Assembly (NCBI GenBank): GCA_034226945.1
Contig: CP120463.1
Location: forward strand, 1 to 64,000
Length of the DNA: 64,000 nucleotides
Direction: 5' to 3'
Source of the DNA: Picochlorum sp. SENEW3
Taxonomy: Eukaryota
Below are positions 32,201 to 43,176 of the stretch, piece by piece. Every line of letters starts with the position of its first letter. The stretch's first letter is position 1. The position numbers and the translations under genes are program-made. Under the pieces are notes generated by a model, which was given only the letters and a program-made list of their open reading frames with translations, was not told the origin of the DNA and did no database searches.

Positions 32201-33450
32201 GCCCTGTTCAATATCAAAGTCAGTAGGTGCCAAGACGGACACCAGTGGCTGTTTGGAGGGCAGCTGTCCACGGACGGTGTCGACGTGTCGATGCAGTATT
32301 ATCGTCTGAAGACGGACGACGAAATTCGAGCCGACGAGGAGGAAAAGGAAAGAATAAAGGCCAGGGCGGCGGAGAAGGCGACGGGGTCTTCGGCAGCAAA
32401 GCCGAGGAAGCGAAAACGAACGAGTAGGGCGGGGCCAGGCACCCCGCAGTCCTCGAATGTCTCCAGTCGAGGGAACCTGGACAGAGCAAAAGACTTGCTG
32501 GCCGCATCGCCCGACAACGCATGGGTCTTCGATCCAGGGCCCGATGGCCACGTGGGCATCAAGCTGGAGCAGGGCAAGATGAGGGAGCTCTGCCAGGAGA
32601 ACAAGCGACACGGGGACTACGAACCGTTCGAGACGATGAGCCTGACCAACCACGAGGTGCAATCGCGTGCGGGCATCCTCAAACGAAAGGCGCTGGAACG
32701 GGCGGGGTCGCAGGCCAGGCCAGACATCGGGCATGGAAACAGGAGGCACCCACCAGAAAGGTCGGAACAGCAAGGGATATGCTGGCGTTCTGCAGAACGA
32801 CCAATAGCCACCTGAACACGGTGTATGGATTTTATTCCCAGAACTGTTTCCGGAGGCAAAGGTTCTCTGTGTACACGAGGACGCAACGAATGCTGGACTC
32901 CATGGTTGAACGGATCTGCGGGACGAAGGACAGGGAGGCTCAGAGCAAGACCGTCGTTGTGTTTGGGGACGCATCGATCAACTCGGGGAAACACGGAAAA
33001 CAGAGGATCTGCTTTCGGGCCCTCAAGGACCTGCTGCGGCAGAGGTGCTGTTTCATCGAGATTGGCGAGTTCCGAAGTAGCCAGTACTGCTGTGCCTGCC
33101 ATGCCAAACTGGAGGACCCCCCCGCGGTGGGGCTTCACAAGCGCTGGAAAGTACGCCGTTGTATGAACAATGGATGTGAGCGTGCTTTCTGGCAACGAGA
33201 CGTGAATGCAGCCATCAATCTCGCCAAGTTTTTCCTGTGGGAACTCAACGGCGAGGAGAAACCAGCAGTCTTCCAAAGGCCTCGGACACGAGCAGAGGAG
33301 GACATCCCCGACGTGTGATACAACGGAAAACACTACAGTCACATAGCTACATGCATATGATGTACGATATAAATACTATTATTACATTATAAGGTATGTA
33401 ATGTTTTTTTTTACGGTTTTTTTTTTTTTTACGGTCATGGCCAGGGACCC
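29230..33450 (+). mobile_element. Putative non-autonomous Fanzor-carrying element; boundaries uncertain
   Basis: Island between a truncated lipase and malic enzyme. It has ~1.1 kb of non-coding DNA, long for this window, plus a visibly more GC/CpG-rich Fanzor ORF. No transposase, clear TIR or TSD was found. Confidence 0.5.
30317..33318 (+). CDS. Fanzor1-type (TnpB-derived) RNA-guided endonuclease, split by about 4 frameshifts
   Basis: VIKPGSL N-terminal strand; SVLPL..ACHISI (ORF 31692-31913); LSTDGV (32270-32278); RuvC-I WVFDPG (D 32531-32533); VVVFGDAS; rearranged RuvC-II IGEFRSSQYCCAC (E 33067-33069); CMNNGC; RuvC-III WQRDVNAAIN (D 33199-33201). Start is uncertain. Confidence 0.88.
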
Positions 33451-33548
33451 GCGGGGAGGATTTGTTGTTGTTCTGATTCGCAGACCCAAACCCAAAGCTT
33501 GTCATATCAAATAAGTTCATAGTGCTGTGTAATAATCCTCTATAAATA

Positions 33549-35538
33549 ATGATTAGGAAACGATTGCTGTCAGCATCTGTTTGGGTTGAAAGTAGGGGAG
33601 GTATTGGGTTTCTCTGTGAGGCCGCACGGTGCTCTTCTGGTTCATCTTCAATCTTCGATGCTATACAAAAGGCTTATAAAAGCGATCTTCCTTCTACAGC
33701 GTATCATGCCACCGATGTGTCCGATTGTGTGATCTCTCGGTCACGTGGGCTGGATGTTTTGCACGACCCAGTGTTCAACAAAGGCACTGGGCACTCTCTG
33801 GTGGAGAGAGAACGCTTGGGGCTGCGTGGGTTACTGCCACCTCGTGTTTTGACGATGGAAGAGCAATTGGAGAGGAATATGGCAAGATATTTGTCTGGGT
33901 CTGGGCCTGGTTTGGTTGCTGAGGACCCTGAGGAGACTGGAGTAACTGACGATATGCTTCGAAAATGGACCATGCTGACGGAGCTGCAGGATAGGAATGA
34001 GACATTATTTTATAGGTTATTAGTGGATAATTTTGTGGAGATGGCGCCTATTGTGTATACACCAACAGTGGGGCATGTTTGTAAGAATTATCACAAGTTG
34101 TACAGGAGGCCTCGAGGGATGTTTTTTTGTTCTGCCGACAAGGTGGGTGGATATACTATTTGACTGGTACCTGTGCATGGCATATCAAGTAAATAGTTTT
34201 ATGCAGGGGCAAATGTCGACTATGATGTATAATTGGCCCTCCGATGAAGTGAGCGCCATTGTTGTGACGGATGGATCGAGGATCTTAGGCTTGGGCGACC
34301 TAGGAGCAAACGGGCTTGGCATTCCCGTTGGAAAGCTGGACTTGTACGTTGCTGCGGGTGGCTTTGATCCCCGCAATGTACTACCGTGCGTTATCGATGT
34401 GGGCACAAATAATAAGGAGCTGCGAGAAGATACGGGGTACATGGGGATGAAACACCCTAGGCTGATGGGTGATGAGTACTTTGCACTGATGGACGAATTC
34501 ATGAATGCGGTGACGACTCGATGGCCTCGTGCGGTGGTTCAATTCGAGGATTTCAGCTCCGATCACGCTCGAGTGTTATTGGAGAGGTATAGGGATCTGC
34601 ACTGTGTTTTTAACGATGATATTCAGGGAACTGCAGCTGCTGCATCAGCTGGCCTGATTGGTGCCTTACAGGTGAAGGGAAGGCCTGCATCGGCTATTAC
34701 AGAGGAAAAAGTTGTCGTCATGGGAACAGGGAGCGCTGGCGTTGGTGTGGCAACGATGATCATTCGCATGATGATGAAGCATGGGCTGACCCATCGAGAG
34801 GCTACATCAAGGCTTTATATTTTCGATGTGAACGGACTGGTGACCCAATCGAGACCCGATTTAGAGGATGCTATTCGATTTTTGGCGCGAGAGGAAGATG
34901 GTCCGGTCAAGGGTGGTGATCCCCTCCTTGATGTCGTCAAAAAGGTCAAGCCAACTGCATTGCTTGGACTGACAGGAGCTGGGCGCCTTTTCACGGATGA
35001 CATATTGACATTGATGTCCAACTCCACCGAAAGACCAATCATCATGCCAATGTCAAATCCGACATCGAGGTTGGAGTGTACACATGAGGCGGTTCGAAGA
35101 ATTTGTGGGGAGCGTGCTATATTTTCTTGTGGAAGTCCCCAGCCAGACGTGACCATTGGTGGCAAGACCTTCCACGCGAGCCAAGCAAACAATATGTACA
35201 TTTTCCCTGGGATTGCTCTTGGTGCATTTTTGGCGAGAGGAAATGTTGTTTCTGACAACATGATTGTTGCTGCTGCTGAATCCCTGAGAGATATGATTAC
35301 AGCAGAGGAGGTTGCAAAAGGCCAAGTGTATCCTGATTTGCATGACATTCGAAAAATCAGTTGTCATGTGGCAGAAGAAGTGATCAAGGCAGCACATGAG
35401 GAGGGTAATGTTATAAATCAGCTGCTGATTCAAGCATTGGAAAAGGGAGACAAGGAACTCAGGCGGTATATCAAGAGTAACATGTATAGGCCAGAATACA
35501 AGCCACTGGTTTCTCCTCGCCTCTCAGATGTACAATAA
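33549..35538 (+). CDS. Mitochondrial NAD-dependent malic enzyme; intron 34143-34206
   Basis: FNKGT, LRGLLPP, LQDRNETLFY, PIVYTPTVG, VTDGSRILGLGDLG, QFEDF, FNDDIQGT, GSAGVG, MSNPT, QANNMYIFPG. A 64-nt GT..AG intron joins the two ORFs. Confidence 0.96.
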
Positions 35539-35583
35539 AAGATTCAGCATTTTTTGAGATTTATTCTATAAATGGTATCAAAT

Positions 35584-37474
35584 TTAATGCTCGAATCTCC
35601 ATTTGGGAAATCTGGAACATGTATGAATTTTCAGGAGCTGCACAATCGGAATCAGGCTTGGATTCTCGATGACGTCAGTCCTGTTCAACAATGCACAGCG
35701 ACCATTTATATCGTCCAAACGCTCTGGACTACAAAGGCACCCAGATATAACTGTCTCATCTTGTCTTAATGGGAATCTTGTAGCATGTGCTGAGGGAGAA
35801 GGGCCTGCTGTCTCTTTTGATGACATTTTGTCTCTCAATGACTGGAAGCCTGGGTCACCGGATGAACAAGGAAACACCCAGGTTGAACTGTCTCTGAGGC
35901 CCCACACAATGCGATCGCCTGTTTTATAGATGCTGAAACCTGGTGCTCCAAAATTCATGATGCTAGCCTGTTGTGATGAGATGGGGCCACTTGTATGTGT
36001 GATTGGTGTTCTGTAGGCAGACTGCTGTACTGCAGGCCGAAATTTTGCATCAGCTGTCCTGTGATGGAACAAGGCTGTGCCATCCTCTGGGTGCAGTTGG
36101 AGCATTCCCAAACATCTGAATCGGATAACTTCATTCTGTCCTGTATCTCCTGCCCGCTGCCCGCCCCAGTCTTTGGCTTGATTCAATGGTAATGCTGGAG
36201 TGAAAGGACTATGGTTGTAGTGGTCGAGCATTCCAGCAAAATAAAAGCTCAAACGAAATGTGTCCTTATCACCCAAGGCAAATCGATATACAGCGTCATG
36301 TGTATTGAGAAACAACAGCCATTCAAGCACTTTCCAATACCGTGCCTTGTCGATCAACACATAGCCAGATTCGCCCTGGTATGGCAAGCCAAGCCTTTCT
36401 TCCTCAGGAAGCCGTGTGATATCAGAATCCGCACCTGCCCATGGATCCTCCTTGATCTTTAGCAACCTCCACAAAGCAACAGGATCTTGCCAAAAATCTT
36501 GAAAGAATATGTTGCCAAACCTTGTGTAGGATTCAGTCTCAAACAACTTTGATGGATCCTGTAAAGGCATCGCATCAGAGTCCATAAACAGCATATGTCG
36601 GAATGGAGATTTATACATGGATGCGATTTTGATCATGTAACCTAGTTCTCGTCGAGATAAATGGCTCTCTAACCTCCAATGATGACGGGGCAGTCCAGAC
36701 TTTTCCAAGTCCTCAAAAAACAACCCCTCAAAATGCTTGCTGAAATACTGTTTTGTGGCAGCTCCAAACTCTTCGTCTCCATAATAAAAAATGGCAATGG
36801 GCAGGCTACATCCTACCTGACGTAGAGTAGTAATAGATGCAAATGCATTCACAAGAGCAGTTTTCCCCTACACTCATCACAACACCTCTTTCCTGGATGA
36901 CTCCATCATCAAGTTGGGTATTCCAATACTTTCGGACGCTCTCACTCGTTTTAAGAAACTGTTCAAAAAGCTGAATATCTTTCCTCAGCACGTTGATACG
37001 CTTTGATTTCGCCTCTTCCTGCCACTGCTTGGACATGCTGACCAAGTTGTCCTTGAATTTTGAATCATCTCTTGCTTCAAAGAGCATGCCGTTCTCTGCA
37101 GGCAGAGCTTTAGAGTTCATGTAATTCACCGTCCTCATTTCGATAAGTTTAACAACCTCTGCATCAAATACACCTGGATCAATCACCCTCTTGTTATGCA
37201 ACAGGTTCTCCAGGCTCTGCTCTGCCTGTGTCTCATTCAAAAATGCTGCATCCTGCTCCACATATCTCATAGAGTCAAGAGCAGGCATTGTAGACCTACG
37301 AGCCTCCAAAAATTCTTCTACAGACACAACGTCTCTCTGATATCTGTCTCCATCCCCGACATGTATCCTCTGCCCATACATGACCAGGCTTTCCTCCTCT
37401 CCTCCAGTAGCTCTCCTCAACAGAAGGACTTTATGCATCAGCAAAGCCATGATAATAGATTGCAACACGCACAC
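35584..37474 (-). CDS. Alpha-mannosyltransferase (GT71, MNN1/MNN2-like), frameshifted
   Basis: N-terminal anchor; RGVVM, LR..GCSLPI.IFY, KIASMYKSPF..LFMDSDAMPLQDP..LF, ESGYVLIDK, GDKDTFRL. Confidence 0.85.
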
Positions 37475-37885
37475 TGTATTTCAAATTACAATCCTGTTAT
37501 CCTCATGAGCAAACCATCACCTGATCAGATTGAGATGTACATGAAATTTCCTTGCAGGGGCCTCCCCACCCCTGACAGCCACCAGCCAACTCACCTAACG
37601 CGCACAGAAATCTATGTCTCCTACACATGTGCATATTACAATCATCCATTTTTCAATTCAATGTCAGCTGATGTGCGCAGTCTTCTTTTCTCGCAACGCC
37701 TGGGAAAAAACAAAAATGCCATGTATCCCCTGTCATCGCGATTCCCAGGATAATACTATGTTCAATAGTAGTAGTATTTTTTTAAAGAATATATATAATG
37801 AGAATGAAATCAGTCTGTGGACGCAGCCATACGCCACATTGGTCCGTATCCCGCTGCTTTGGTCAACTGCGTTTGACGATTGCAT

Positions 37886-39474
37886 TTACAATGATTCAAT
37901 CACAAAGGGCATGGATTTACGTGCATGAATAATTGCTGTCTGCACATGAATCATGTCCTCGGAAGGAATTGAGTGGGCTGCTCTCTGGGTGCCATCAAAG
38001 ACATGATCCCACCAGACCTGAGACTCAATCATATGCAGTTTATTCTCGATATTGCTCGGATCATCCATGACTGCTGTCACGATGGCCCTTCTCTTTCTCT
38101 TCTCAATCACATCAAGGGCATCAGTGATGATAGAGACGGTGTCAGCTCGATGGGACCAGTTGTATACCAATGGCGACCGGCACTAGTGTCTGTCAAAGCT
38201 GGAGAAATGCCCCCGGTCATTCCAAGCATGCAGAAAAGTGGCGTTCCGTCACCTGGATGTGACTGTATCACTGCGACTGGTCCCCAAGTGGGGACTGTTC
38301 TCTGTGAGGGAGAACTCAGATTGCCGAGTAGCATGCTGGGCAGCATGGTGCTGCAGTTGATGATCCTCTCTGGCAACCCGGCATTGACCACGGAGAACCC
38401 AAGCTGCATTATGGCTTCATCTCCGACCACTTGATCAAAATATTCTGGGTACGAATACAGAAAGAGAGTCCATTCGATCCAATCCCAGTTCTCGGTTTTA
38501 TACAGCATCATGTGCTGGACATCAATTGAACAAGGCAATATGCCTCTCGCCATCCCCAGCATGCCTTGTACAGTGGAGATGTGTTCCCCATCCAACTGTG
38601 CATCCCAATTTCTCCAAATTGATATACTGTTCCTTGAAAAAGGAGATGACGAATACGAGTCAAAGAGTTGTATAGGGTCCCGAAGAGGAATCACCCCTGC
38701 GTGGAGCAGCACAACCCTGCTGTAGGGTGCATGGTACAAGGCCATCAATCTAATCAACCCCTTCGGGAAGGCTTCGCGCCATTCCTCACTGCCAAACAAA
38801 AGCTCTGGGTGAATCATATTCAGGGGTCTTTGATGCAGGGGGTGCTCAATGATGCTGAGATCCATAAGACAGATATCAGAAAGCGTTGACAGAGCAATCT
38901 CCGCGTATTCTAGGCTTGCCGGCGAGCACCCTCGCGCACCATAATACGCAATCGTGATTGGCAAACTACTACCCACCCCATCTCGAATCGCCCTAGCAGT
39001 CATAACGGCATCCGAGCAAGTGTCCTCTCCGGCCACAACAATCAGTACCCCCATGTCCTGCTGCATCCGTGGAATCTCTCTGCCTGGCCAGGCCATAAAC
39101 TGCTTGAATGTTTCCAAATGCTTCCGCATTCTTTGCGATGATTGGACATTACTTTCTGTGTGCAACAAAGTTAGATTTCTGATAGCCAGAGGGGCTTGAT
39201 ACCTCGAGGTATAGGAGATGTAGTGGCAGTCGTGAGTCAACAAACGAGGCGTTTGGTCAAAGCTCTGCGCATTCTCCCCAGTAGCCTGGCCAATGCGAAG
39301 TAGGGCCAATATAATGATAGTTTGAATAAAAATAATGAAATATATCCAGAAAGAGTCCCTGTTTTGCAGGCGATTGCTCCCACTGTGGGGACGAGAAGAG
39401 GATTTCACATGCGCTGCTCCATTCCTTTGCGTGACGTACCTTGATGCCTTTCTCTGCTTTGATCCTCGTATCAT
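37886..39474 (-). CDS. Divergent GT71-like paralogue lacking the DxD motif, frameshifted near the 3' end
   Basis: Collinear with the neighbouring GT71 (GVLIV, SSLPITIAYYG, LP/HP.HH/Q, ALYHAPY..V.LLHAGVIPLRDP..LF, W...EW.LFL, GD, Q.HP.DGT.LF), but DSD is replaced by HAG. Confidence 0.7.
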
Positions 39475-39597
39475 TCGTCTTTATCATGATTTACATATGT
39501 CTTGATCAGGTATCGATAGCAGTCATACAGGCTAGGTTTTCAGATTCATCAATTCTGCCAACTCTATTAGGAAGGCATTATGCCCTCTGCAAAGATA

Positions 39598-41013
39598 TCA
39601 TGGGCGAGCAATGCACATCCTTTTTCTGGGGTGCCAAAATGGTTTGTTGCATGAGCATCCTGGATCAATCTTGGTTTGGCATGGCATTGGGGAATCAGTC
39701 AGAACAGTCACTGTAAAGGGGTCATCCAGTGATATGCGCACTGGTTGATACGTGTAGGGGCTTGGGCTGGTGTAGTTGACGCCGGGAGCTGGATTGGTAC
39801 CTGGGCCCCCTGGATTGTACAAGTGCTTGTACGAGTCATTTGGGTTGGCTGTTGCGTTTCCTGCTGGCAGTTCCAAGGCAATCACCTTGCGTGCTGCTTC
39901 TTCACTGCCCACCATGCAGATATCGATGTAATTATCCGCATCAGATATTGAGCAAGCATTATATCCGTTCTCTCCAAGAATTGTTAGATCAGCAAGGCCC
40001 AGAATTGTCAGGGAACCAGCCCCAGGAATGTCGTAGTCCTTCCCACTCGTGTCCAATGTCATGGTTGTGCTGGCATCAACTCTGACATGTACTCGAAAGT
40101 ATGTGTCATACGCATCTGGTGTCAGAGCAGAGACTCCGTCTGGTGAAAATCCCCCTGATGTATACATTCGAAGCCGGTATTGAACGCCATCTCCATACAG
40201 ATCAGAACAGCTGTTGGGGTATGCAATTCCATCTGAAGAGGTGTATTCACCCTTGTCAGAGAAATACGACAGCTTTGCTGCAACTAATGTGGGGCCCTTG
40301 GCATCAGGACCATATGGAGGACAGCATGAAGCATCATACGAGAGTCCAACAGCATTGAATAACCTTCCCCCTCTTCCCACGAGCATTAACGGTGTTCCAT
40401 CATCTACAATGTCAACTTTTACTACGTACTCTGCTCCTGGCAGTCCAGGAGCGATCCTGTTGCCGAAATGGCCAAAGACGACTACAGTTGATCGCTCATT
40501 CCACTCATCATTGGGCTTAATAGATGCTACTTCGGGACTTACCACTCGTCCAGTGTTGAGAGTGAATTGAAAATCACTTGCATTCACTGTTGATGCTTTG
40601 ACAGGCCAACTGAAGACAATTGGCATGGCATCCGCATAGTATGTCGGCCAGCCAAAACCGCTGGCAACAGTACTGGGTGTCTGACAGGACGTTCTCACTG
40701 GAAAAACCATGTTGCTGCATGCCTCGGGGACATTTTCAATCCATGTTCCACCTGCAGCCTCAATTGCCTCTTGGGTAGTACCTTCAACACCCTGAATGCC
40801 TTCAAATGCATAATTCGCCGTGAATATTTTTGGCTCCTCGTCCCAAAGATCAGCATTGATGAGCGTGTCGTTGGACATCAAGGTGACATAGGAACTGGTT
40901 GGGTATTCTTGTGCTCGTGTGGACGACAGACACTGTCCCAGTATCACGACAGCGAAGAGACTCTGTGAAGCCATCGACATCGTCCAACGCGCCCCAGAAG
41001 TTTTCATCGTCAT
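39598..41013 (-). CDS. Secreted hypothetical protein
   Basis: 471-aa ORF with a signal peptide and a globular Gly/Pro/Tyr-rich body (DAMPIVFSWPV, PNDEWNERSTVV, SGGFSPDGV, DADNYIDI, YNPGGPG). The C-terminus may be frameshifted. Confidence 0.7.
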   Translation of the reverse strand: MTMKTSGARWTMSMASQSLFAVVILGQCLSSTRAQEYPTSSYVTLMSNDTLINADLWDEEPKIFTANYAFEGIQGVEGTTQEAIEAAGGTWIENVPEACSNMVFPVRTSCQTPSTVASGFGWPTYYADAMPIVFSWPVKASTVNASDFQFTLNTGRVVSPEVASIKPNDEWNERSTVVVFGHFGNRIAPGLPGAEYVVKVDIVDDGTPLMLVGRGGRLFNAVGLSYDASCCPPYGPDAKGPTLVAAKLSYFSDKGEYTSSDGIAYPNSCSDLYGDGVQYRLRMYTSGGFSPDGVSALTPDAYDTYFRVHVRVDASTTMTLDTSGKDYDIPGAGSLTILGLADLTILGENGYNACSISDADNYIDICMVGSEEAARKVIALELPAGNATANPNDSYKHLYNPGGPGTNPAPGVNYTSPSPYTYQPVRISLDDPFTVTVLTDSPMPCQTKIDPGCSCNKPFWHPRKRMCIARP

Positions 41014-41214
41014 TGATTTTCAAATGAGTTAGGCAAAAAACTAGATTTTTTTTGCAAGCGAAAGTCCCGGAACGAAGTACGGTGCTTTTCAAGCAGTATT
41101 AACAAGAAGCGTCGTAGCGTAATCTTTTTTAAAAAGGTGTCATCGTGATGACGTGGCGATCGCCACGTGGAGTATGCCAACGTCTTACACACCTTGTAAA
41201 TTGCCAATTATTAT

Positions 41215-42642
41215 TTATTCTGGAGAATCTACCAAATCAATAACATCCTTATCCGGCGAGCACAAGTCAATCACGTCGATTGGGGATACGGGACAGCCAT
41301 GATGGTCTTCTTCTTGGATACTGGGCTCAGAGGTCTTGGTAGGCGGGGGCAAGGGACTCACAATCATATCCTGACAGCCGTCACTGCCATTGAATTTGTT
41401 TTCATCGGTATGGAACGGTTCATCTCTACCTTCCTCGCGTAATCGACGAATCACCCTGAAAGCTAGAGATTGGGTTTCAGGTGGAGATCCGTCCGACCCT
41501 GTTCGTTTGGCAACTGGTGCTTGATCATCGACGATCAAAGAGAAAAGACGATCTTCTAAGCTCTTGCACGAATTCTTCAAAGGAGAAGCAGATGTGGATC
41601 CTTTGCATGGGTTTTTTCCTTTCTTCTGGGGTGACGAGTTCTCTCCAGTACCTCGCTTCCACCCGGCAGTTTTAAGCATGGCTAGGACATCGTTCCATTC
41701 TACTGGATGGATACATCGAGGACACGATCCTGATATAGGCAGACACGCATATTGTCTGGGAATAGTGCCTATGGATTCATATCCCACACTCGGCGGTGGC
41801 ATGACACGGAGAAAATGCTCTGCCAGACATCCAATATGACTCCGGCCACCGCAACCAGGGCATTCTGACCATGTTCGCTGCGCTAATTCTTCGCAAAAGA
41901 TGCATCGAATCTTCATATTTTTCCTCGATTTCTTCTTGGGACTCTCAGCAAGGCCCTGCGATGATATGGTGGTGTCCATGTCCTCAGTCATGATGAGGAC
42001 ACCAGCATCTTCCAGTAACGATTCATCATATCCCCCATCGTTGTAAGACGTATAGTTCTCGCAATACTTACTACTATTACTTTCATCCTGCTGAAGCTGA
42101 AGGCACTCTAAATCCTGCAATGCACCGACACTGACGCCCATATGCTCTGGGAGGCAGAGGCAATTATTGTCAGGCTCCACTACCACCTGCAGCACGTCGC
42201 CCACCATCCTCCACACCTCTCCGCTTAGAAACCTAATCTTCAATGGAAAATATTTCCAAGGAGACGTACTCAATATTGCAAACAATGTCAAAATTTGCCC
42301 GGACACCCCCTTCAACTTGTCTGCTCCTCTTTTTCTCACAATCCCACGCATGGCTCGACATGCATCCTTGACATCCAAACTGGTTTCTGCATGCTGCCAT
42401 GTCCACTCAAACTGAAGTGCAGTCCTCTGATCAGCGAACCCGTACACCACTACCACCATCTCCCATGGCCTCCACCGCTTCGTTCGCCATGCCCCCTGAG
42501 TTAACTCTCCATTGTGCTGCCGAATCCTCCTCAGAGGGTTCACAGTAAAACCGATATACGTCCTCCATCGAGCTTTAGGATGATGCGATCGCAGTAGATA
42601 GCATCCAATAAACGAATCATGGCCATTGGTAGCACCAGACAT
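41215..42642 (-). CDS. SLX1: Structure-specific endonuclease SLX1 (GIY-YIG + RING-like)
   Basis: GCYLL, TYIGFTVNP.RRIRQHNGE..GAWRT...RPWEM, ALQFEWTWQH; CxxC..CPGC..HIGCLA..CPRC domain. Confidence 0.93.
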   Translation of the reverse strand: MSGATNGHDSFIGCYLLRSHHPKARWRTYIGFTVNPLRRIRQHNGELTQGAWRTKRWRPWEMVVVVYGFADQRTALQFEWTWQHAETSLDVKDACRAMRGIVRKRGADKLKGVSGQILTLFAILSTSPWKYFPLKIRFLSGEVWRMVGDVLQVVVEPDNNCLCLPEHMGVSVGALQDLECLQLQQDESNSSKYCENYTSYNDGGYDESLLEDAGVLIMTEDMDTTISSQGLAESPKKKSRKNMKIRCIFCEELAQRTWSECPGCGGRSHIGCLAEHFLRVMPPPSVGYESIGTIPRQYACLPISGSCPRCIHPVEWNDVLAMLKTAGWKRGTGENSSPQKKGKNPCKGSTSASPLKNSCKSLEDRLFSLIVDDQAPVAKRTGSDGSPPETQSLAFRVIRRLREEGRDEPFHTDENKFNGSDGCQDMIVSPLPPPTKTSEPSIQEEDHHGCPVSPIDVIDLCSPDKDVIDLVDSPE

Positions 42643-43176
42643 GCTGAAAAGAGTCACTGAAAGTGGGTATTGGACCCAACCAACTACCCTTGCTCCTTCC
42701 TCTTGCTGGCCAAGTACCCCTCTCGCCTATGAAATATCTGCCTTATTATTGAAATTATGATTTCATATCTCGGATGGAACGAAGCCTCGTTCTTGGAAGT
42801 GTGTTGCGACAACTACCGAACAGACAGTTTCTCACTCGAGGCCAAAGCTCACCACCAATATCTATTTCGGACAATCATAATCACTTTTGTAATTCTCAAA
42901 ATGCTATTTTCTGAAGTACAGCGAGGTCTGTACAAAGGATATGTAATGTATTTAATTGGGAATTTTGGGATCTCTACAGATCTGTAAACTGCAGGCTGTT
43001 GCCAGAATGGATGAGAAAGATCACATGACTCTGCATCCCAAGGGGCATATTTTTACAGATACAGTTGAGAAGAGATATTGCAAACCCAAGAACAGGCACA
43101 TTTTGACTGTCAGCGGATCTGTGCGACCCCGCCAGTGCAATTTGCTCTTCGAATTGTAGACAAGCTGTGTACAAAT

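Noticed and set aside
32117..33342. Long antisense ORFs (285 aa, 241 aa) in the Fanzor region as a transposase
   Set aside because: No DDE, HUH or recombinase motifs; typical shadow ORFs of GC-rich coding DNA.
29361..33450. TGACCTTGGCC (left) and GGCCAGGGACCC (right) as terminal inverted repeats
   Set aside because: Only about 9 of 12 positions match, there is no target-site duplication, and it does not coincide with the lipase breakpoint.
41215..42642. GIY-YIG ORF as a homing or retroelement endonuclease
   Set aside because: Motifs and the RING-like domain match the housekeeping SLX1.
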